Source of the DNA: Camelus dromedarius
Taxonomy: Eukaryota
NCBI RefSeq assembly: GCF_036321535.1
Contig: NC_087447.1
Span: 42,162,001 to 42,226,000, forward strand
Direction: 5' to 3'
DNA length: 64,000 nt
Shown here: positions 54,064 to 64,000 of the stretch, in pieces
How positions within the stretch are numbered: position 1 is the first letter of the stretch
Layout: each line of letters starts with the position of its first letter
Program-made: the position numbers and the translations under genes
Notes under the pieces: generated by a model
The model's input: only the letters and a program-made list of their open reading frames with translations
Databases searched by the model: none
What the model was told of the DNA's origin: nothing

Positions 54064-54393
54064 CCTCTCCTCTTGCCCAGATCACATTCCCATTAGGTCC
54101 CTCTATTGCCCGGCCCCACTTTCCTCAAGTGGGATGGAGTCCCGGGCAAAAGGCGTTCCCTATACCAGACTGGGCTAGCCAGGAGTGGGAAATAGCTGTA
54201 AAGAGGGCCGGACCTGGGAGGGAGCCCCAAGGGCCAGAGGTCTGAGCTCCCAGCCTTTCCCAGAATAGAGCTGCAACCCTACCAGTGGGAGGTGATTATC
54301 CCTGCCCTGGAAGGCAAGAATATCATCATACAGCTGCCCACGGGTGCCAGGAAGACCGGGGCGGCTGCTTATGTGGCCAAGAGGCATCTAGAG
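54064..54393 (+). pseudogene. DHX58: DHX58 (LGP2) 5' gene fragment: about 200 nt of upstream non-coding sequence plus 43 codons of the helicase N-terminus
   Basis: Manual translation of 54265-54393 gives [43 protein letters not shown], versus the recalled LGP2 start [43 protein letters not shown] is mutated to ATA and is preceded by an acceptor-like cctttcccag. Confidence 0.9.
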
Positions 54394-54569
54394 AAAAAAA
54401 ATTAAGAAAAAAAGATGTTTCTTGTAGTAACCTATAATGAAAACGAATATGAAAACAAATATATGTATGTATATGTATCACCGAGGCATTATGCTGTACA
54501 CCAGAAATTGACACAACACTGTAAACTGACGATATTTCAATAAAAAAAAAGAATGCAAAAAAAAAGAAA
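54394..54569 (+). mobile_element. A-rich linker plus L1 3' end and A tail, fused to the DHX58 fragment
   Basis: cttgtagtaacctataatgaaaacgaatatgaaaac...tgctgtacaccagaaattgacacaacactgtaaactgac..ttcaataaaaaaa; 12-bp TSD aaagacattttt at 54052-54063 and 54570-54581 brackets the whole chimera. Confidence 0.85.
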
Positions 54570-54935
54570 AAAGACATTTTTACTAAAAAAACTTTTTCAC
54601 TAAAAAAACTTTTTCATGTTTAATAATTATTTATAATTTATAACACATTTATATTGCTCTGCTCAATTTTAGGTACTACTAATAATTATAATGCTAATTC
54701 AGTTCAGAAGAAATTTAACATCTATAATCTGAAGATCGCAGGAAATATTTTTAAAATTTCAATTCATATATATTTTTTGTTGCAGAAAAGAATAATAAGG
54801 TAATCAATAAAATACTTTCAAGGCTAAAAATATGTTATATCAGGATAAAATTCCATGGGGAGAAGCCCAATGGATTTTACAAGTTCAAGGAGAAGAAGAT
54901 GAAAGATAAAATTCCAACTTTAAAGAAGATCTTAG

Positions 54936-55035
54936 GGAGGATATAGCTCAATGGTAGAGCGCATGCTTTATATGCACGAAGTCCTAGGTTCAATTCCCAG
55001 CACTTCCATTAAAAAAAATAATAATACTAATAATA
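54936..55035 (+). mobile_element. tRNA-derived SINE (vic-1-like)
   Basis: A and B boxes, A-rich tail; TSD aagatcttag at 54926-54935 and 55036-55045. Confidence 0.85.
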
Positions 55036-55059
55036 AAGATCTTAGAATGAAATAATGCC

Positions 55060-55290
55060 AGAAGAAATAATGCCATTTGCAGCAACATGGATGGACCTGG
55101 AGATTATTATCATACTAAGTGAAGTCAGTCAGACAGAGAAAGACAAATACCATATAACATCACATATGTGGCATCTAAAAAAATGACACAAATTAACTTA
55201 TTTACAAACAGAAACAGACTCACAGACATAGAAAAGAAACTTATGGTTACCATGGGGGAAAGGAGATGGAGAGATAAATTGGGAGAGAGA
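55060..55290 (+). mobile_element. L1 3' fragment
   Basis: gaaataatgccatttgcagcaacatggatggacctggagattattatcatactaagtgaagtcagtcagacagagaaagacaaatac. Confidence 0.8.
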
Positions 55291-55299
55291 AATTCTCAC

Positions 55300-57095
55300 G
55301 GAGAAAGTGAGCTGAGCAAAATCTTAGGAACGTGAGGGAATGAGACAAGGAGGGCAGCTGAGAGAAGTGCATTCTAAGTACAGGGAACTGAGGCAGGAGT
55401 GTGTATGGCATGTTTGAGGACCAACACGGAGACCTGTGTTGCTGGAGCAAAGTGAACCATGAAGAGAACAGTAGGAGACAGAGCTGCACTCCTCTGGGTC
55501 AGATAACACGGGGCCTCGCGGGTTATTGTAAAGACTTTTGCTGGAGGGTTTTGAGCAGAGGAGGGACTTGCTCTGACATGTTTTAAAAGAATCCCTCTGG
55601 CTCCTGTGTTCAGAAGAGACTTCTGGACCTGAGGGTGGGTGTAGAAGCAGAGGAAATTACAGGAGGCTAATGCAGTAACCCAGGCAAGAAATAAGTAAGA
55701 GTGGCTCTGACCAGGAGGGGAGCAGTGCAGGTGGTGAGAAGTGTTTGGATTAGATTCTGGATATATTCTGAAGACAGAGCCAACAGGAATTCCTGACAGA
55801 TTGGATGTGCAAGAGGAGAGAAAAAGTAAAGTATGACTCCCAGGCTTTAGTCTGAGCAATGGAAGAATGGTACCCTCATCAGCTGAGACAGGGGAGGCTG
55901 GGTGGAGCAGTTTAGGGGGTAAGATCAGGTGTTTGGGTGTGGACACGTTGACTCTGGGTTGTCTTTAATTTTTACTTTTTTGTTTTTCTCTTTTTGCAAT
56001 ATTTTTTATTGTGTATAGTTGATTTACAATGTTATATTAGTTTCTGGTGTAGGTTGTCTTTTAGACTTTTAAGTGGAGATGTCAAGTAGACAGCTGGATA
56101 AATGACTGGGGAGAGAGGTCTGGGCTGGAGCTGATGCCTTCTCATGCTCCAGATATCATGAGCTCACAAACAGCTCCAAAATCATCTCTGACTTCCTCCC
56201 TAAGCTGCAAGCTCTGATATTTAACTGCGTACTTGACTTGATCATTTAGCTTTCTAACAGACAATTCAAATTTAATATGTCCAAAACTAAGTTCCTAATT
56301 CCTGTCTCCCTCTACAAAACACAAACAAATGAACAAACAAAACTCCAAAAAATGGCCATTCCATTCTTCCTAAAACATTAGGTCATCACTGACTCTTCCT
56401 TTCAAACTTCACATTCAAACCATCATCAGATCCTGCTGGATGCATCCTCAGGCTCTCTGTACCACCTTTACCACTGTACCCTGTTCCAAAGCACCATATC
56501 ATCTCTTATCTGGATTATTGTAACAGTCTCTGAACTCTGACAGTGTTCTGCACAACAACCAAATTGAGTCTTTTAAAAGGTAAATAAGAGCATCTCATTC
56601 CTCTGGCCAAAACCCTCTAACAGCTCCGTATCACAGGACAGGGTACAATCCAGTTCTCTAATCACATCCCCTTTCATCCTTCCCACTCACTCCACTGCCA
56701 TCACACTGGCGTCCTCCAACATGCCAAGCACACTGCTCTGCCGTGGGGCCTTTACACGTTTGTTTCTTCTGCCTAGGAAATCCTTTCCCTAGATCTGCAA
56801 AAGGACTGCCCCTTCACCTACTTCATACCTCTGTTCAAATGTTACCAACAAAGTGTGCCCTGACTACTCTACAAAAAAGAGTACACCCCATCTCCCTCAC
56901 CTGGCTTCATTTCTCTCTGTTGCACTTAGCATTATCTGACAATATAATATATAATACTTAATATATATGTTTATTGTCTGTCTCCCCTAACTAGAATGTG
57001 AGCTCCATAGTGACACAGACTTTGTTTTGTTCACTTCTCTATCCTCAGTGCTTGGCTGGCATGTAGTAGACATTCAGTAAATATTTGCTGGAAAA
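55300..57095. mobile_element. L2 remnants in both orientations
   Basis: L2 words (gagggttttgagcagag, tggatatattctgaagacagagccaacagga, ctagaatgtgagctcca, tcagtaaatatttgctg). Confidence 0.7.
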
Positions 57096-57949
57096 AGGAA
57101 GGAAGGAAAGAAGGATGAAAGGAAGGAAGGAAGGCTTCTCTGGAGCATTAAGGGTTCATCATAATACCAGAAACTGGCTGGAGAAAAAAGACTCCAGCAT
57201 GAACCCTCTGACCACAAGTTCATGGCATAACAATACACCCATACATATCAATAACCTGAAACCCACTCAAATGTACAACAAAGGGAGAGGATGACATGTA
57301 TCTTGTGGGGTAGAGAAGTATACAGCCATCAAAAACACTAATTATGAAGACAGTAAAATGTTTATGATATGTTAAGGAAAAGTAGATTGTGAAACAGAAC
57401 AGCTTGTATAATTACCATACTGCTATAATCACAGCAATGCAAAGTGTGTGCACCTAGGAGAGCTGATATTTAAAGCAAAGTTAAATTATTGTGTTAGCCT
57501 GTTAGTGGGATTAGGGGTGGTTTTGTAATCTTTTTTTTTTCTTCACGATAAAAAAAAAAAATCTTGTATTCTTTTTTCCTTAAAAGGAACACGTTTTAAC
57601 TCCCTGGGCACACTGCTGAGGAAAATCCCAGCCCAGTGAAGTCAGCACCCAAGTTCCCCTGAGACTCCTCATGCGCGGCAGAGAGGTCCTGGGCCAGGCC
57701 TGTGCCCAGGGCTGCCCCAGAAGCTGAAAACCAGTTGTAAGTGAGGCATAGACCGTTTGCATGACTAACCTGGGGAAAAAACCTACCAGAGAGTTATTTC
57801 TATTTAAGTGCAGAGAAATGCAGAAGTAAATCTACTTGACCCTAATTTGGCTTTAAAACGAAACCAACTGTGCCCCTGGAGGTTTTGGGGTGGGGGGTTC
57901 TGTAAAGAGAGAGAGTTTAAGTCCAGGCTCTGATGACCTTCATTGGAGA

Positions 57950-59351
57950 ACCAAACCCTTCCACGTGCGTCCAGATTCTTGAGCATCGCGTCACGTGAGG
58001 TGGCGCAGGGTGGGAGGGAGGGGGCGGTGTTCGGTGTTAGTGCCAAGGGTTCTGAATCTAGAAACCCATGAATGTTAACTTTGGACCAGCTTTTCTTAAA
58101 CAAAGGTTATGAACATTGGTAATTCTAAAAGCTACGTAACTTCTTACCAGAAAAAAGGCACATCAGCATCCAAATTGGAAACAATTTCAGTGTTGTCATG
58201 GACCCTAAATCCTAGACAATTCTGCTTGGCCCTGTACTCCCAGATTAAGAACCCCCAGATTAAAAACAGTATTTTACATACAGCGTATACAACGTAAACG
58301 CTGTTTTTCATCTATTGATAGGTTTGTTATGAATAAATATGAATTAACTTAAAACAAACACTGAATTCAGAGACTTAGTATATTCTTCAAACAGTAAACG
58401 CCCGTGCAGGAGCACGTTAAAAGGCGTCCCCTATCCCTGCAGCAAGGCTGTCTCCCCAGTGTCTCTTCCAAGAGACTGGGTCCTGCTGCCTGTCGCCGCC
58501 CCAGGGCCCAGGCGTTGGAGGGAGCGGAGCTCCAGACTGGGGAGCCGGCTCTGGCTTTTTCGGGTTTTTTTCACGGAAATGATGCAGCCGCTGTTGACTC
58601 ACCTATGTTTAAGTTTTATTCTCCAATTATCACTGGGTTTTCCGGACGTGGACTGTCAGCCCATGTCTAAAGAGTAACCAGCGCGGGACCGAGCGCGTGG
58701 CGCAGCCCCCGACGTCGCTCCGGGTGAGCGGCCCTGGGTGGAGCCCTGAGGGGCCCGGGTGCAAGCGGCCCTCAACGACGCCGCGAGCGGCGGAATGTCC
58801 TGCCCGCGAGCGCCCCCGCCTGGGCACGCCGAGCGGTCTGGCTTGGAGTGCGGAGCGCACCGCCTTCCTGCCCCAGGGGCGTGCCGTGCGCCGTGGCGGC
58901 GGCGGCGGCCTCCCCGTGGGGCTTCCGCTCCCGACAAGCCTCGGACTGGGCTGCTCTAGGCCCGAGGCCGTGCGGTCAACAGTGAGCTCCTTGTTAGGAG
59001 TAGCTACAGTCAGTGATGTGCTCTGAAGGACTGGGGGGGGGGGGGGGGGGGACCGGCCGGGGAAGTGGGGGTAAATACGCTGACCTAGCGAGCAGCTTCT
59101 GAGTGATCTGGAAAGTCAGCGCTCAGAACTTATTCCTAGGGCAGCGCCAGGGTGCTGCGGAATTCCTTGCAGACGGCCAGAACCACGGGGCATGAGCCCT
59201 GGGGTCAGAGAATTGGAAAGAAAGACACTAAAGAGAGCCCAAAGAGGACAGTCCCCACTCGACGGCTGGGTACAAGCCCAGCCCTACCAGGCACTAGAGA
59301 CGTGGAGCCGGGGAAGCCCGAGGCCCCAGGAGGCCTGTACAGAAGGGGGCC

Positions 59352-59384
<33 letters not shown>

Positions 59385-59580
59385 CCCCAAACCCTCTTGC
59401 AGGGACAGAGACACATCCACCCGAAATCGGAGGGCAGATACCAGGGAGCAGTGCCCCTATGGCCCTGCCCTAGGCTTCCCCGGTCCTGCGGGACAATTGC
59501 AGCCTGCAGGGGGCGAAATGTTCCTTTCTACTGCTGGGCTGCGGCTGAGACCCGAGCCAAAATTAGAAGCTGAGATCAAC
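57950..59580. promoter_or_regulatory. CpG island / candidate promoter or enhancer with no recognisable coding exon
   Basis: Dense CpG at 58640-59000; two CACGTG E-boxes (57962-57967, 57992-57997), a GC box, an AP-1-like TGACTCA (58595-58601) and a CTCF-like CCTGCAGGGGGCGA (59503-59516). Confidence 0.75.
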
Positions 59581-60420
59581 TGAAAGGAATGAGACTGAAC
59601 AAGCAAACGTGTGTGTCTAAAAACAACCAATAAACCAATAACTAAATAGACAAAGAAGAGAAGTATAAAATTCACGAGGAGAAATAAAATTAGCACACAA
59701 GGGCACGGGGAAATGTTTACTGTTCCTGCTCATCAAACATTTTAAGCTTAAAACAATCTTGAAAAATATTGAATCACTGTATCGTACACACAAAACCAAT
59801 ATAGTATTGTAAATCAACTATAATTTTTTTTAAAACCCTGACATAGCACCTTATATCTACTAAAGTTGCAAAATCGTTTTAATTGCAACGCACAGTGTTT
59901 GCAAAGCAGTAAAATGATAGTCACCATAGCTTCATACAACTTTTTCTTTTCTTTTTTTCAAATGCATACAACTGTTCTGAATGGCAATATTATGATCTGC
60001 TCTCCTTCCACAAATCGCTATTGAGGAGTTCATTGTAATGGAGAAAAGCAGACAGCAAAGACAAATATACATGGTAGAAGGAAGTGATAGTGCTAAGAGG
60101 AAAAGTAGAACAGCAAGTGATGAGATGTGCTATTTAAATTTAGTTGGGGTAGGCCTCTCATGTTCAGACAACATCTGTTCAGACAACATCTGAACAGAGA
60201 GACATGAACAAATCTTGTTTGTATCTGTGAGAGACAGCTCCACGTTAGAGGGAACAGAAAGTACAATGACACTGAGGCGAGAGGATGTGACCAGAGGAAC
60301 GCCATCTGATTCCTCTTCAGCCATACTTGCCACGATACTTTGAATATTTTAAAAATTGATTTATTTTATATGCATATTCAGTGATAAATTCATTAACCTG
60401 AAGTGATATAGTTAAATATC

Positions 60421-60554
60421 TGGGGGGTTTTTTTAGGGAGGAAAGTATATAGGTTTATTTATTTATTTATTTATTTGATGGAAGTACTGGGGCTTGAACC
60501 CAGAACCTTGTGCACGCAAAGCATGTACTCTGCCACTGAGCTATACCCTCCCCC
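60421..60554 (-). mobile_element. tRNA-derived SINE (vic-1-like)
   Basis: Reverse complement reads GGGGAGGGTATAGCTCAGTGGCAGAGTACATGC..GGTTCAAGCCCCAGTAC with an (AAAT)n tail. Confidence 0.85.
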
Positions 60555-61059
60555 TAAAATGTCTGTAATTTTATCTTCACTAAACTAACAAAACCTTAAC
60601 CTCAGTGGAAGGTGACATTGCAAAAAGATTACTTCATCCCATTCTCCTCCCAGAGCTGGAGTTAGCCAGACATAAAATACCACTTCTTCATTTTCAGTAT
60701 ACTCAATCCGTTTCAAAATAAAGTATCTAAAGATATGAATTAATGTACTGCTGCAGTTTAGGGAAGGGGTCTTTAAAGGAAAAGTAAAAAAATGACTTGA
60801 GTGAGTTTATCCAGTGTTGTGGTTTTTACATACCATCCCTATCCTAATGATTCTCAAACAAATCCTTAACCTGAACTTCTGCCCTGAACTCCAGACTCAA
60901 ACATTTGGCTGTCTACCTGAGCTCTCCAAATGAATGTCAAATATAAACGTCCAAACTGAGCCCCTGTTCTCCATCCTTCCTCCCCCAAACACACACACAC
61001 ACACAAAACACACAAAGTAGTTTCTCTAACCGTTTCATCTCAGTTAATAACAAGTCAAT

Positions 61060-61295
61060 TTAAGATTTGCAGATACTAACTACTATATATAAAATAGATA
61101 CACAACAAGTTTATCCTGTGCACAGGAAACTATATTCAATATCTAATGAAAAAGAATGTGAAAACGAATATATGTATGTGTACGTATGACTGAAACATTA
61201 CGCTGTACACCAGAAATTGAAACAACATTGTAAACTGACTATAGTTCGATTTAAAAAAAAAAAAGAATGCTTAGAGCAAAACAAACCAAAAAAAA
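61060..61295 (+). mobile_element. 5'-truncated L1 3' end
   Basis: agatttgcagatactaactactatatataaaatagata...gctgtacaccagaaattga plus A tail; a further short tail copy lies at about 61408-61560. Confidence 0.8.
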
Positions 61296-64000
61296 GTCAG
61301 TTCTTTCTTTTGCTCAGGCTCCATACTTGGAGTCATCCTTGAGTCTTCTCTTTCCTTTAAAAACTGAGGCAGATCATGTCAGTTCTCTACTTAAAAACTA
61401 CTCCTTCTTGTAATGAGCTGTAATGGAAAAGAATCTGAAATATATATGTACACACACACATATATATGTATCTAGATGTGTAACTGAATTGTCTTGCTAT
61501 ACACAGGAAACTAATATTGTAAATAGACTACACTTCAATAAAAAATAAGAACTAAAAAAAATTTTTTTAGACCCTACCCTTGTCTCTCATCTACCATCAG
61601 CTGTAAAAGCTGAAGTGTTCATTGTCCCTACAGGTCCCACCACCTCTCTGACCCTTCCTCCTACTCCTCTCCCCTTCCATCACTCCTCTCCGTCACACTG
61701 GCCTCCTTGCTGTTCCTCCAGCACACCAAGCACATGCTCACCTGAAGGACCTGTTTCCTCGGCCAGGAAGGCTTCCCGCCCCTCCCATACTCACTCGTGG
61801 TACACGCCTCACTTCCTTCAGGTCTTCACTCAAAAGCCAAAACAACTTTCTCAGTGAGGCAAACACACAAAAGAACTCTCTCATTTTTTGAATTTTCTAC
61901 TTTAGCACTACCTAGAGATACATATTTCTTTCACTTGTGTATTTTGTTTCTTATCTGTACTTCCTTAGAATATAAGCCTCTAAGGGCAGAGGTAGTTGTC
62001 TGTTTTGTTCACTGGCACATCCTCACTGCCCAGAACAGTGCCTGCCATATGGTGGATAAATATTCACTGAAAAAATGGAGGGCTGGGGGAGGAAAGCAGA
62101 CAATACAATGCGATAAAGATCAGGGACAGGAGGAAACATTCTCATTCACAGAAAACTAGCCTAGGGAGATTATTAAGAATACAGGTATGATAGTGAAAAA
62201 TGTTCTACAAAATATAAACAGGTGTCTGGGTCACCAAGACAGAGACTGGGGGCCAAATAATTCTCCGACAACAAAGACTTGCTCCCTCCCTGGTTCGTAG
62301 TCTACATCGGGCTCCATCCTCAGAACCATGGTCCCCGGAAGGGCCAGAATCTGCAACAGGCCCTGCCCCACAGACACACCTGGACCCAGGAAGGTGGCAT
62401 GGAGGAGCTGATGGGGCAAAGGGATGCCTAAGATAAGGTTTCTCTCAGTTGGGCTGCTCTCAGGTCGGGTAAGGTAACAGAAAACCCAACTCAAACTGGT
62501 TAAATGATGAAAGGCTTTTATGGTCTCAGACACAATGAGGATTTGACCAATGGTTTGATCCAGGAAGTCCCAGGCTTCAGTCTGTTTAGGCCAAGGTCTG
62601 CCGTGTTCCCCACAAAAGCAACCAGAAAAAAAAGCCAGAGGAGAGCAGAGCTGGCTCAGGCCCTTCCCTGAGCCAGACTCTGGGCCAGGAGGGTGGGCTT
62701 TCTCTGACTGGTTGAGGACATACCACTGGGCCTGGAAGTGAAGCCAAATCTATCTAAAGAGCATGGCTTCCCCACAGAGAAGAGAGAGTGGCATGGATTG
62801 GAGGGCCAGCCACAGGATCCATGGCAAAGGCATATCCACTGAGGGCTGTGGTGCAGGAGACCATTGTCCTCTTCCATTCTGATGCAGGTCTAATTACCCA
62901 TCCCTTCACCAGGGCCAGGGCCTGCAGAGGCTCCCAAACAACGTCATCAAATTTCTGTTGCAAAGCCCTAAATTGCATGTCGGGTCGTCTAGGGCCTTGG
63001 TCTGCACATCAGGCCACTTCAGTCATGGTCTCTGCTCGTCCTGGTCAATCAGTCCCCCTGTGCCTCCCTCCCTCCCTGTCATCCCAGGCTAACTCCCAAA
63101 GTGCAAGGCAGCCCAGTTACCTGGCCCCTCCTGTATTCTTGGTTGGTGCTGCCCGCTGTCCCTGTCACTACACTCAGCCTCCTGACCCTGTATCACCTGC
63201 AACATTTGTTCACCTATAGAAAGGAGTTCCCTCCCCTTTCTGCCTTACCTGAAATCTGACTGAGAACATGGCTTCCCTGGCTGATCTCTTAAGAGGTGCC
63301 AACTCATTCCATTGCCCACCCATGGGACAGGGAAGTGGGTGGTCAGCATCTTTCTGCCTCCCACTGCCTCTTTTGGACCATCAGTCTGTTTTGAGTCTCC
63401 GTTCTTTGGCACTGCCCCCTGCCCACCTCCCAACGTTCACTGAGGACTTGGGTCCCTGACTCACAGGCTTCCCAGGGGAAAACCGTCAGCATCTGGGATG
63501 ACTCAGTATCTCTGGGGATAACACTTTCTACATCTTTAAGGCTCTGACTCCCTGGTCTCCAATGGCCTTTTCCCTTCTTGCCACTTGGGCCACTCATCCC
63601 CTTGGCCACACTCAGAGCCCTGTCATCACCTAGAAGTGCTACACGGTTGGACAAAATCTCATTCCCCAAACACAGCCATGCTTGTCCTTCTCCTTTCCTT
63701 CCCTCAACACTCCTTTGTCCCCTTATCCTTCCATCTTCTTGTCAACACATACTGCTAAGCAGCGGCGGGGAAAATTCCATTCCCCTGTGGATGGGTCCTA
63801 GGTCTCCAGTTTCAGACCCCTGCCATCTGGATTCCCTTCTGCACCTCTGAAGCTGCTCTGTCCAATGTCACTAGAGATTTCTGTGTTGCTAAAGTAGAGG
63901 GATTCTTGGTCCTTATCTGATTAGACTCCTCTCTACCTTAACCACTTCCTCATTCTTGAAATTCTCTTCCCCTGGGGCTACTGAGACACCAGTCACCCCT

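Larger units (their letters stand above)
49155..54920 (+). mobile_element. Fragmented hAT/Charlie-type DNA transposon, split by Tigger2 and by the DHX58-L1 insertion
   Basis: Transposase-like remnants DISLKSNESNLQLQG (about 49290-49335) and AISKLLPFSCSYLCEQG (53943-53993; hAT C-terminal LPFxxxYLCExGFS motif). Boundaries are approximate. Confidence 0.65.

Noticed and set aside
54265..54393. True DHX58 gene exon
   Set aside because: The start codon and Walker A motif are mutated, the fragment is truncated without a splice donor, it is flanked by a TSD, and no other DHX58 exons were seen in the window.
58404..59696. Cluster of overlapping ORFs in the distal CpG island
   Set aside because: GC-driven open frames with no protein similarity recognised; the poly-K and poly-F stretches come from the A29 run.
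1..64000. CRISPR arrays, operons or prokaryotic defence systems
   Set aside because: The sequence is intron- and retroelement-rich mammalian DNA; no regularly spaced repeat-spacer array was seen.
59600..64000. WEE1 3' exons expected from human synteny
   Set aside because: No kinase-like coding sequence was recognised; the region appears to be L2, L1, SINE and MLT remnants.

Overview
This is mammalian genomic DNA, most likely camelid, judged from tRNA-derived SINEs resembling the vic-1 family. It is not prokaryotic, and most entries in the ORF track are spurious. The window holds the 5' end of SWAP70 on the minus strand: a CpG-island promoter, coding exon 1 (18127-18225), a 17.3 kb intron 1 and coding exon 2 (676-816). 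About 45 kb of repeat-dense upstream sequence follows. Four features in that region stand out. (1) A full-length processed ARPP19 retrocopy with an 18-bp TSD sits inside an L1; its ORF is intact, but a 4-nt slippage removed the stop codon, adding 60 residues, and the PKA-site arginine is lost. (2) A TSD-flanked chimeric insertion, missed by the ORF track, fuses an apparently unspliced DHX58/LGP2 fragment to an L1 3' end. (3) Transposons are nested three deep: hAT/Charlie contains Tigger2, which contains an L1. (4) An orphan CpG island at about 58-59.6 kb carries E-boxes, a CTCF-like site and a minus-strand splice donor pointing toward SWAP70. Repeat family names are from recognition of consensus motifs and need RepeatMasker/Dfam confirmation. 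No CRISPR array, rRNA or functional tRNA gene was found.
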